From: an uncultured Thermoleophilia bacterium
GTDB taxonomy: Bacteria; Actinomycetota; Thermoleophilia; UBA2241
DNA length: 64,000 nt
Assembly (NCBI GenBank): GCA_903862845.1
Contig: CAIOZS010000210.1
Span: 2,789 to 66,788, forward strand
Direction: 5' to 3'
Shown: one piece after another, positions 55,857 through 64,000 of the stretch
How the letters are laid out: the number at the start of each line of letters is the position of its first letter
How positions within the stretch are numbered: position 1 is the first letter of the stretch
The notes under the pieces: generated by a model
What the model was told of the DNA's origin: nothing
The model's database searches: none
The model's input: the letters and a program-made list of their open reading frames with translations, nothing else
Program-made: the position numbers and the translations under genes

Positions 55857-57464
55857 TCAGCCGGCGGTCTCCCCGCCGGTCTGATGGGCGAACGGCCACT
55901 GTCGCGCGATGAGGCTGAGCGCGCCCTCGTACAGCACGAGGAGCACGATGAGCAAGGCGATCAGCCACCACGACGACGCGACGAGGATCAGGAGCAGCAG
56001 GCCGACGACCAGGCCGGCGATGCGCAGCAGCGCCGCGTGGTCGCTGATCCAGTTCATGGCCGGCGAGTCTGCCGCAGCCGCGCTGTCGGTCCTTCGGGCA
56101 ACGCTCCTGCCCGCCTTGACCACGGCCACCTGCAAGTCCCGTCGCCCGCTGAACCAGGCGGCGATCGCGACGATCACGCCGCTCACCACGATCCAGATGG
56201 TCAGCGTCGTGAGGGGACCGAGAGCGGCGGCAACGACGTTCTTCACCATGGACATGCCGTTGCCCGTCTGGATCTTGCTCACCAGAACGCCGGAGGCCTG
56301 CTTGACGATGACGCGCGTGAGGATCAGGGCGATGGCTGCGCCGATGCCCAGCTCGATGAGCGTGCGGCGGCGGCGGCGCGAGAGCCATATCGTGAGGGCG
56401 ACGAGCACGATGAAGACGACGAGCAGCACCCAGACGAGCGTGTCGAACAGGCGCACGGCCGTCTTGGCCGGGCCCAGGGCGCTGTTCTGCAGCAGGGTGA
56501 TCTGCCCGAAGTCCGCGGCCAGCGGGCGGCCGATCCAGGCAGAGACCTGCTGGACCGCCTGCGCGGGCGGCGTGCCGGGGGCGATCACCGGCGGCGAGAA
56601 CTTCGTGCCCAGGGCGCCCGGCAGCTTGCCGGCCACCCAGACGAGCACCTGGCTGATGAGCGGCAGGGTATTGAGCTTCACGTCGTTACCCTGGACGTAG
56701 GTGTAGGTCGTCTGGCCACGCAGCAGGGCGACGATCTGGTCGTGCGCCAGGGTGTTGATCTTGATCCACAGGTTGTACGCCTGAGGCGTGGAGAGGACCT
56801 TGGCGGTGCCGTCGGCGATGAACGAGTTGACGGCGCCGGTGATGGGACCCGCGAGGAACTGGGCGTTGGCCGGCAGCGCCGTCGCGGTCCGCGTCTGCAG
56901 ATCGGTGGCCGTGACCACCTGCGTGGCGACGTAGTCGCTGAGGGCTTTGATGGCCGCCGGGTCCTTGCCCAGCGGTGCGACCAGATTGATGTAGCCGCTG
57001 GTGCTAAAGACGCTGTAGTGCACCCACCAGGCGACCCCCGTGACCACCAGCGAGAAGCAGGTGAGGACGACGAGCACGCCGACCAGCCAGTTGCGCAGGC
57101 GGCTGCCTTTGCGCACCATGACAACCTCCGCGTCGGGCGCGGCCCCGGGGGCCGCGGGAGCAACCTGCGTGACGGCGGTCTGCTCGGCGGCGGTCTGCTC
57201 GGCGGCGGTCTGCGTGAGGGCGGTCTGCTCGGCGGCGAGCGCCGCGGGTGCGGCCTGCGTGACGGCGGTCTGCGCGGCGGCGGGCTGTTCGTCGTCGGCG
57301 GCAGCGGACGCCGGGGCTGGGCCCTCGTCCGCAAGGCCGGCGTCCAGGGACGCGTTCTCGGCCTCCAGGGCGGCGATCTTCTCGCGCATGTCCTTCTGCG
57401 CGCGAAGGCTCACGTTCTCCGCCTCAAGCCGCGCCAGCTCCGCGCGCATCTCCTCTTCGTTCAT
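55857..57464 (-). CDS. Integral membrane protein with an N-terminal coiled coil and AEQT repeats
   Basis: Coiled-coil N-terminus, a low-complexity (T)AAEQTA repeat region, and multiple TM helices. Confidence 0.6.
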   Translation of the reverse strand: MNEEEMRAELARLEAENVSLRAQKDMREKIAALEAENASLDAGLADEGPAPASAAADDEQPAAAQTAVTQAAPAALAAEQTALTQTAAEQTAAEQTAVTQVAPAAPGAAPDAEVVMVRKGSRLRNWLVGVLVVLTCFSLVVTGVAWWVHYSVFSTSGYINLVAPLGKDPAAIKALSDYVATQVVTATDLQTRTATALPANAQFLAGPITGAVNSFIADGTAKVLSTPQAYNLWIKINTLAHDQIVALLRGQTTYTYVQGNDVKLNTLPLISQVLVWVAGKLPGALGTKFSPPVIAPGTPPAQAVQQVSAWIGRPLAADFGQITLLQNSALGPAKTAVRLFDTLVWVLLVVFIVLVALTIWLSRRRRRTLIELGIGAAIALILTRVIVKQASGVLVSKIQTGNGMSMVKNVVAAALGPLTTLTIWIVVSGVIVAIAAWFSGRRDLQVAVVKAGRSVARRTDSAAAADSPAMNWISDHAALLRIAGLVVGLLLLILVASSWWLIALLIVLLVLYEGALSLIARQWPFAHQTGGETAG

Positions 57465-57642
57465 GCCGACCGCCCCCTTGTTTGCGCCCTGCGGCTCATG
57501 GCCGCTGCGTGATCCTCTGATCGCTGTCGACTGTGCCTACCCGCAACGGCAGCGACGTAGTCGCTGCGTCTGCGCCGCGGGCTGCGGCGGAGCCGGCGCC
57601 CGCCGCTGCCTTCTTCCCCGGGGCCTCCCCATCGTCGGGCCT

Positions 57643-58224
57643 TCAGGGTGTCGCCGTCGGCGCCGGTGTTGATCCCTGGCCGGCAGCGTTGAGGATGCTC
57701 GCCCAGGCAGTCGCCAGAGCGTCGGTCACCTGCTGCTTGATTTGCGTCTTGATGTCGGGGTAGCTGGGGTCGAAGACGCGCTGCAACAGATATCCGCCGG
57801 TCGTTGCGAGCACCTTTTGCGCTGCCTGTAGGACTTTGACCACGTTGTCCTGCGTACCCTGAAGCGCCGCCGGCGGGGTGAGCGCGGAAAGGTCTGTCGC
57901 CGCCGTGCCGAGCGCCGTCGCTGCCGATGCCATCTGGGCGCCCGATGTGGCCCAGGACTTGTCGGGCTTCGTGCTGAGGCCGCTCACGGCCTCGCCGAGG
58001 GAGCCGACCGCCGATGAGGTCGTCTGGTAGATGGGCGTGACCTGGGCGATGTAGGCGGTGAGCGCCGCCAGCTTCTCGGTCAGCGAGCTGGCGCTGGGCG
58101 AGGGCGACGGCGACGGCGAGGCGGTCGTGCCACCGCCACACCCCGTCGCGATCAGAGCGACTGCAAGCAGCCCGAGCAGCAGCGCCGCTACAAGGGTTGA
58201 CCGGGCCGTTTTCGTGCGGATCAT
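57643..58224 (-). CDS. Lipoprotein, hypothetical
   Basis: Signal peptide with lipobox LIATGC, followed by an SPSPSPS linker. Confidence 0.6.
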   Translation of the reverse strand: MIRTKTARSTLVAALLLGLLAVALIATGCGGGTTASPSPSPSPSASSLTEKLAALTAYIAQVTPIYQTTSSAVGSLGEAVSGLSTKPDKSWATSGAQMASAATALGTAATDLSALTPPAALQGTQDNVVKVLQAAQKVLATTGGYLLQRVFDPSYPDIKTQIKQQVTDALATAWASILNAAGQGSTPAPTATP

Positions 58225-58328
58225 GTCTTCTCCATTTCCCGCCGCTTGGGCGATGCCGACCTATAGCGAGACTATGTCACGGATGAGGCGCATCCGAACA
58301 ACGGTCCGTCGCACATGGGCACTGGCCC

Positions 58329-59174
58329 TCAGCGGTCCTGCCCGGGCTCGCGGTACGGCGTCGGGATGAACTCCACCGATGGGCGCCGCTGCGCCCGCCG
58401 CGGATACCTGTCCATCAGTTCGTGGACGCCCTCCGGCAGCGCGTCGCTGACGGGCAGGCCGAGCTGCCGGGCGTGCTCGAGGCGAATGGGGAAGTCGTGC
58501 GTCCAGCGGCCCTCGCTGAGTGTCGCCGCCAGCGCCTCCGCTTCAGCGGGCATCCTGTCGCGGACGAGCTCGACGACGGTGTCGCGCACCTGCACGACGG
58601 CCTTGCGGGCGATGTCGCCGAGGATCAGCGTCTCGTCGTCGCGGTTGGCGTTCGGCTGCTCCAGAGCGGCGAGGATCGAGGCAGCAGGCCAAGCGCCGCG
58701 TAGCAGGCTGCCGAGCTGAGGGTCGACCGGGCCCAGCACCGCGTCGGGGTCCATGAGGATCTCGTCGGCGGCGAGAGCGACCAGCGTGCCGCCCGACATA
58801 GCGTAGTGCGGCACGATCACGGTGACGCGCCCCGCATGCCGCTTGAGCGCGTAGGCGATCTGATCAGAGGCCAGGACCAGCCCGCCGGGAGTGTGCAGGA
58901 TGAGGTCGATGGGCATCTCGGCCGGCGTCATGCGGATGGCGCGCAGAACCTGCTCCGCGTCCTCGATGTCGATGAAGCGGCGGAATGGGATGCCGAGCAG
59001 GCTCATGGTCTCCTGGCGATGGATCATGGTGATGACGCGCGAGGAGCGCCTCTGCTCGAAGCCGCGCAAGAGGGCGCGACGGCGGCGCTCGCGCCGCCGT
59101 CGTAGCAGCGGCGGGACGAGCAGCAGAGCCGCCGCGACGAGCGCGACGATGAGGATCAGGACGACCATGGTCAT
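58329..59174 (-). CDS. SDH-family Clp-fold serine proteinase (membrane-anchored)
   Basis: The ITMIHRQE...IDIEDAEQVLRAIRMTP...IDLILHTPGGLVLASDQIAYAL block is characteristic of the SDH_sah family. An N-terminal TM helix is present. Confidence 0.8.
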   Translation of the reverse strand: MTMVVLILIVALVAAALLLVPPLLRRRRERRRRALLRGFEQRRSSRVITMIHRQETMSLLGIPFRRFIDIEDAEQVLRAIRMTPAEMPIDLILHTPGGLVLASDQIAYALKRHAGRVTVIVPHYAMSGGTLVALAADEILMDPDAVLGPVDPQLGSLLRGAWPAASILAALEQPNANRDDETLILGDIARKAVVQVRDTVVELVRDRMPAEAEALAATLSEGRWTHDFPIRLEHARQLGLPVSDALPEGVHELMDRYPRRAQRRPSVEFIPTPYREPGQDR

Positions 59175-59415
59175 AGGAAGGCGACTCCTTCGTCGCTTGA
59201 GGCAGTACCCGCAGAGGCGCCGCGCGTAACGGTGGGCGGCGGGCGATTCGCCGGCTCAGGTACTTGCACGCGCGGGGCATTCGCGGGCCTGCGGCCTCCT
59301 CAGCCGGGCGCAGGGTTTGCCTCAACGATGCCTCGGGCAGAGACTCTTCCATTGCTGCCACTCACCGACCGGCTCTCCGGACAAGGGGGCGCATGGTCGG
59401 CACGGACCCGGAGGA

Positions 59416-60423
59416 GCTTTGGCGGGGTCGACGCACGAACGGGAAGCGATCCCGCGGCCTCGGCTGCTCTTTCACGTGCCTCTCGAGCCTATCCGACTGC
59501 TTCGCGTCCGCGAGCGCATTCGAGACTACCTGAGCATGTACTGCGCGTCGCTGGACGACATCGACGATGTTGTCCTGTGCGTCGAGGAGGCGTGCACGAA
59601 CGCCATCCGACATAGCAGGTCGAGCGACGACCTCGAGATCGAGATCGCTTTCGAGGACGAGTGGCTCGGCGTTAGCGTGCAGGACCACGGCGTGGGATTC
59701 GCGATCGCTTCGTTCGATCCGCTCATCGCGCCGGACTCGACGGCCCTCGGCGGCCGCGGTCTGTACCTGATCTCCCAGATCATGGACGAGATGGATCTGA
59801 GCTGCGACGGCGGGACCACCGTGCGCATGCGCATGCAGGTCGGCGTGCCTTCCACAGCGCACCGCCGGGCGGTGTTCGTCCAGGAGCCCGGCCCCGCGAG
59901 CATCCCTGCGGTCGTCATCGGCGAGCGGCGGCTCTTCTTGCTGCTCGAGGACCTCCCGGACGGCTTCGTGGCTCTCGACTGGGAGTGGCGCATCGTCTAC
60001 GCGAACCCCACTGCCCTCCGCCTGCTGCGCCTGCCGAAGGAGAAGGTTCTCGGCGCGCATGTGTTGCAGCTCTTCCCGGAGATGGAGGGGACCGAGCTCG
60101 ACAGCCGCGGCCGACACGCCATGGAGCAAGGCATTCCCAGCCATTTCGAGGTCTATTTCGAGCCTCAAGGCACCTGGTACGAGCTGCACCTCTACCCCAC
60201 TGCGTCGGGCGTCAGCATCTGCTTCAACGAGATCAACGAAAGGAAGCGGAGAGAACGCGAGCGCAACGAGCTGCCGGGCAAGGCCGAGGACGAGCGCGCG
60301 CGGCTCCAGGCCGTGCTCGACGTGCTCCCGGTAGCCGTGGGGATCACCGACGAGGAAGGTTACGTGATCGCGCACAACCCCACGGTCTGCCGACTGTGGG
60401 GCGACGACGCTCCGCTGCCGTAA
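59416..60423 (+). CDS. RsbW-like HATPase (serine-kinase type) fused to PAS, with the second PAS truncated at the stop
   Basis: VPLEPIRLLRVRERIRDYL...VEEACTNAIRH...GRGLYLI is RsbW-like. A PAS domain follows (LEDLPDGFVALDWEWRIVYANPTA...). A second PAS-like region begins and ends abruptly (GITDEEGYVIAHNPTVCRLWGDDAPLP*). The start is uncertain (TTG or GTG). Confidence 0.55.
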   Translation, partial: ALAGSTHEREAIPRPRLLFHVPLEPIRLLRVRERIRDYLSMYCASLDDIDDVVLCVEEACTNAIRHSRSSDDLEIEIAFEDEWLGVSVQDHGVGFAIASFDPLIAPDSTALGGRGLYLISQIMDEMDLSCDGGTTVRMRMQVGVPSTAHRRAVFVQEPGPASIPAVVIGERRLFLLLEDLPDGFVALDWEWRIVYANPTALRLLRLPKEKVLGAHVLQLFPEMEGTELDSRGRHAMEQGIPSHFEVYFEPQGTWYELHLYPTASGVSICFNEINERKRRERERNELPGKAEDERARLQAVLDVLPVAVGITDEEGYVIAHNPTVCRLWGDDAPLP

Positions 60424-60671
60424 GGCCCGGCTCGATCTCCCCGCCCGCATGCGGCAGAAGCTCCATCTCGACGACGCCGGCTTCTGAGGCTTTCCCGGCG
60501 GGTGACGACAGCGACTGGGGCGCTTCGCCGCGGCGGGTGGGCGCAGCGCGGCGCGGCCCTGCGGAGCCGCCGCGTGAGCGTGACTCGCGCGGACATTCGT
60601 CCAAAGCACTCACAGGTCGCGGCCATTCTGCCGACTGAAGGGGGAGGATGGTCAGCGAGGAAGGGAGCACG

Positions 60672-60923
60672 ATGGAGGGCATCTGCTGCAGCAACTGCCG
60701 ATATGGCGCGGAGGAGCCGCGAGGCTCTGTGTTTGCCCGTGATCGTGGTCAGGGCTGGGGGACCTGTCGCAAACAGGCTCCGACGGTCATCGTGGTCCAG
60801 TCGCCGGAGCGCACGGCGTTCTCGCAGAGTGCGTTCCCGCGAGTGCGTGACGATGACTGGTGTGGTGAGTACGCGGCCGTCGTGAGCCGCACAGGCGGGT
60901 ACGCCGGTCTGGATCAGCCCTGA
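60672..60923 (+). CDS. Small Cys-rich hypothetical protein
   Basis: SD GGAAGGGAG. Sequence MEGICCSNCRYGAEEP...GWGTCRKQ...DDDWCGEYAA. GC3 is moderate. It is convergent with the decarboxylase gene. Confidence 0.3.
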   Translation: MEGICCSNCRYGAEEPRGSVFARDRGQGWGTCRKQAPTVIVVQSPERTAFSQSAFPRVRDDDWCGEYAAVVSRTGGYAGLDQP

Positions 60924-60927
60924 ACGA

Positions 60928-62364
60928 TCAAGGTCTGGCGCCCGGCAGCGCGACGGCGGCCCCCCGCAGTTCCCGCCACAGCGCTTCCACGTGCTCGCGC
61001 TCGGTGGCCAGAGCGCCGATCGAGACGCGGATCATCTGGCGGCCCTTGAGCAGCGACGGCGTCACGTAGGAGCGGCCGGCGCGGTTGACGCGGTCGGCGA
61101 CGGCCAGATTGTGCACGGCCAGCGCCGGCTCGTCGTCCTGCAGGGCCGGCGGCACGTGCCGCAGGCACACGGTCTGCAGCGGCACGGGCGCCAGGCGCTG
61201 CCAGCCGGAGGCCGCGTCGACCTGCTCTGCCAGCCAGGCGGCGTTGCCGAGGTCGCGGCGCACGCGCGCCTGCAACCCTTCCACGCCGTGCTCGCGAATG
61301 AGGAACCACAGCTTGAGCGCGCGGAAGCGCCGCCCCAGCGGGATGCCCCAGTCGCGCAGGTTGCGCACCAGGCCGTCCTGGGCGGTGCGCAGATAGCTGG
61401 GATCCGTGCTCATGACCCGCACCAGGTGCTCCGGGTCGCGCACGTAGTAGGCCGAGAGGTCGAAACCCGTGCCCATCCACTTGTGAGGGTTGAGCACCAC
61501 GGAGTCGGCGCGCTCGACGCCCTCCCACATCCAGCGCTGCTCAGGGCAGATCATGGCGGTGCCGGCGAGCGCGGCGTCGACGTGGAGCCACAGGCCGTGA
61601 CGCGCGGCGAGCTGCGCCATTCCCGCCAGTGGGTCGAGGGCGGTCGTGGCCGTCGTACCGACGGCCGCGACGAGGGCGCAGGGCCGGCGGCCGGCGGCCA
61701 CGTCCTCACGCACGGCTGTCTCGAGCGCGTCGAGGCGCAGAGCATGGTCGTCGTCGGTCTCGAGCAGGCGCAGGTTGTCGGCGCCGAAGCCGGCGAGGTG
61801 CGCCGCCTTGGGCACCGAGCTGTGCGCCTGGTCCGACGCGTACACCACGAGCGGCGCCTCCTCGGCCTGCAGGCCGCCGCGATCCTGGCTGAAGTTGCTG
61901 GACCGCTCGCGAGCGCACAGCAGAGCGCACAATGTGGCCGTGCTCGCGGTGTCGTGGATCACGCCGGTGAAGGCGTCGCTGAGGCCCAGCATCTGCCGCA
62001 GCCACTCCATGACCACGTCCTCGACCTCGGTGGCCGCGGGGCTCGTCTGCCAGCTCATGCCCTGCACGCCGAGGCCGGAGGACACGAGATCGGCCAGCAC
62101 CGACGAAAGGTCCGTGTTGGAGGGGAAGTAGGCGAACCAGCCGGGGTGGTTCCAATGCGTGATGCCCGGCAGCACGATGCGCTCGAGGTCGGCCGAGATG
62201 GTCGCCAGGCCTTCGGCCCGGCGAGGCGGCTCGGCCGGCAGCTTCGCCGCGACCTCGCCGGGCCGCACGCGGCTCATCACCGGGTACTCGGCGATGCGCT
62301 CCCGGTAGTCCGCGACCCAGTCGATCAGCTCGTGCCCCAGGCGGCGAAAGTCGTGGGTGTCCAT
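60928..62364 (-). CDS. PLP-dependent aromatic-L-amino-acid/glutamate decarboxylase family (group II)
   Basis: The region around NPHKW is the PLP-Lys motif of group II decarboxylases. SD GAGAGGAG. Confidence 0.85.
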   Translation of the reverse strand: MDTHDFRRLGHELIDWVADYRERIAEYPVMSRVRPGEVAAKLPAEPPRRAEGLATISADLERIVLPGITHWNHPGWFAYFPSNTDLSSVLADLVSSGLGVQGMSWQTSPAATEVEDVVMEWLRQMLGLSDAFTGVIHDTASTATLCALLCARERSSNFSQDRGGLQAEEAPLVVYASDQAHSSVPKAAHLAGFGADNLRLLETDDDHALRLDALETAVREDVAAGRRPCALVAAVGTTATTALDPLAGMAQLAARHGLWLHVDAALAGTAMICPEQRWMWEGVERADSVVLNPHKWMGTGFDLSAYYVRDPEHLVRVMSTDPSYLRTAQDGLVRNLRDWGIPLGRRFRALKLWFLIREHGVEGLQARVRRDLGNAAWLAEQVDAASGWQRLAPVPLQTVCLRHVPPALQDDEPALAVHNLAVADRVNRAGRSYVTPSLLKGRQMIRVSIGALATEREHVEALWRELRGAAVALPGARP

Positions 62365-62573
62365 CGGTGGCGCTCCTCTCGTGCATCCCGGCTGCTTTGA
62401 CCTGCGACCAGGCCGGCCTTCGCTCGATCCGCACACCAGTCTACCGGCTTTGCGACACCCCCCCGCGTATTGACACGCCCCGCGGATGCAGAAGAATGGA
62501 GGCAGTCTGCGGCGCCAGCCGCGGGATAGGGGGGCCCCTCCACCCGAAGGGGCCGATGTCGAGGAGGTAGCAG

Positions 62574-64000
62574 ATGTTCAAGAGACTGCGCGTCATGCTG
62601 GTCGCGTTCATGGTGCTTGCGGCGCTGCTTGCCGCCGCCGCTCCGGCGCTGGCGGTCCATCGTCCGACGAAGGTCATGATCGTCGTCATGGACCAGATGC
62701 AGCCGGGCTACGCCAAGCAGTTCAATATGACGAACGTGCTGAAGCTGCAGAACATGGGCGTCACCTTCCCCAACGCCTTCGTCGGCGACCTGGCGTCGGA
62801 GACAGTGGTCAGCCACAACGTGATGGTCAGCGGCTTGTTCCCCAAGCACATGGGCTGGTCCGACGAGGCCATCCGCGACGTGCACAACATCCTGGGCTAC
62901 GGCGTGGACTCCATCGTCACCACGGGCGACTTGGGCTACGCGGACTACGTCAAGCTCATCGAGGAGTATGACTACCCCAAGCTCGGTGACTATCTCCACG
63001 AGAAGTTCCCCGGCAAGATCGTCGCCAACGTCGGCGAGAAGGGCTACCAGGTCGAGTCGATGGCGGCCTCCAGCTCGGACTTCTGGGTGCGCATGGGCAG
63101 CGCGAAGGCCACGACCACGTTGCCCGACCCGAGCGTCGTGCCGTGGACCGGCAAGTACCGCGGGCCTGCCGGCCAGGTGCCCTCCTACATCGCCAGCGAC
63201 GATCGCTTCAAGATCAGCGCCGGCAACCCCTGGGACACCTACGACACCACGTCGACGGCACCGGCCTGGGTCTATCCTGAGGACGGCCGCTACGCGCCCG
63301 GCGAGCAGGCCGGTCACGTGAGCGGCGACGCCTGGGTCGCCGACGCCGCCCTGAAGATCATCGACAACGAAGACTGGTCGGGGCTCTGGGTCACCTTCAG
63401 CGCCATCGACAAGATCGGCCACATGTGGGGCGGCGGCGCCGTCGACACCTTGGCCAACTACAAGTGGGATCCGAACACCATCTTCAACCAGATCCACATG
63501 CCGTTCACCGCCAAGAACGCAGACAATCAGCTCGGACGGCTCATCGACGAGCTCAAGGCGAAGGGTCAGTTCAACGACACGCTGATCATCGTGACCGCCG
63601 ACCACGGCTCCACCTACGGCAAGGACGACGGCTTCCACGGCGTCAACGCGTTCGATGCCGGCAACCTCACCAACTGGTACGCCGGCACTTGGCACGCGGG
63701 CGCCAGCACCGAATCCTCGAGCACCGGTTCGCCTGCCCTCAAGCCCCTGATGGACACCGGCAAAGTCCAGTTCAGCTACCAGTCGACGGCCATCGAGACC
63801 TGGCTCAAGGGCGATCCCCGCGGCGCCGACGAGCGTGAGGTCGCGGCCGTCATGGAGACGCTTCCCGGCGTGATCGCGACCTACGTCAAGAACGGTGACA
63901 GGTACAAGCTCTATTCCTCCAGCTCGACGATGACCGCCGACGAGAAGATCTGGTGGTCCGCAACCGGCCAGCAGCTCGTCGACTCGATGTGCTTCAGCGG
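62574..64000 (+). CDS. Secreted alkaline-phosphatase-superfamily enzyme (nucleotide pyrophosphatase/phosphodiesterase-like). The 3' end is outside the window.
   Basis: Strong SD (GAGGAGG). Signal peptide. The MIVVMDQMQPGY metal-binding N-terminus and the TADHGS motif are typical of the AP/type I phosphodiesterase family. Confidence 0.75.
   Translation, partial: MFKRLRVMLVAFMVLAALLAAAAPALAVHRPTKVMIVVMDQMQPGYAKQFNMTNVLKLQNMGVTFPNAFVGDLASETVVSHNVMVSGLFPKHMGWSDEAIRDVHNILGYGVDSIVTTGDLGYADYVKLIEEYDYPKLGDYLHEKFPGKIVANVGEKGYQVESMAASSSDFWVRMGSAKATTTLPDPSVVPWTGKYRGPAGQVPSYIASDDRFKISAGNPWDTYDTTSTAPAWVYPEDGRYAPGEQAGHVSGDAWVADAALKIIDNEDWSGLWVTFSAIDKIGHMWGGGAVDTLANYKWDPNTIFNQIHMPFTAKNADNQLGRLIDELKAKGQFNDTLIIVTADHGSTYGKDDGFHGVNAFDAGNLTNWYAGTWHAGASTESSSTGSPALKPLMDTGKVQFSYQSTAIETWLKGDPRGADEREVAAVMETLPGVIATYVKNGDRYKLYSSSSTMTADEKIWWSATGQQLVDSMCFS

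Noticed and set aside
1-64000. tRNA, rRNA or CRISPR arrays
   Set aside because: Intergenic regions are short. I saw no T-loop GTTCGANTC-type motifs with acceptor stems, no rRNA-like segments and no regularly spaced direct repeats.

Overview
This 64 kb window is about 70% GC and gene-dense. It uses GTG/TTG starts frequently and GGAGG-type Shine-Dalgarno sites, which fits an actinobacterial-type chromosome; Thermoleophilia/Rubrobacteria-like is my guess only. I found no rRNA, tRNA or CRISPR array.

The left 24 kb is mostly core genes: MetW, a cold-shock protein, an MBL-fold hydrolase, a YhaM-like nuclease, an MFS transporter, an acyl-CoA dehydrogenase with EtfAB, GluRS, and a lipid/glycan phosphatase cluster.

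The middle (25.4-34 kb) holds a seven-gene minus-strand operon. It encodes a tungsten-type aldehyde:ferredoxin oxidoreductase with a 4Fe-4S ferredoxin, MoaD, and NuoE/NuoF/NuoG-N-like flavin/Fe-S subunits, plus one weakly supported downstream ORF. A PucR regulator and a FIST sensor are placed to control it.

The 36.4-46.1 kb region looks like a decaying accessory/defense island. It is flanked by two diverged direct copies of a DUF4160/DUF2442-HTH gene pair. It carries an aldehyde dehydrogenase, an hsdM gene killed by one in-frame TAG, an intact Fic gene, a Phd-HicB-like/HicA-like toxin-antitoxin pair, a BNR beta-propeller protein, and an Mrr-type restriction endonuclease broken by three in-frame TAG codons.

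The right end has a pilin, a YVTN propeller, a C-S lyase, a B12-radical SAM gene, MsrA, tandem secreted paralogs, PLP enzymes, a Clp-fold protease, and a truncated HATPase-PAS sensor.

The best finding is a Bcp-type peroxiredoxin whose catalytic cysteine codon is an in-frame TGA followed by a hairpin. This is a putative selenoprotein that ORF callers split into fragments.

Coordinates I derived by hand (not taken from the ORF track) may be off by 1-2 nt.
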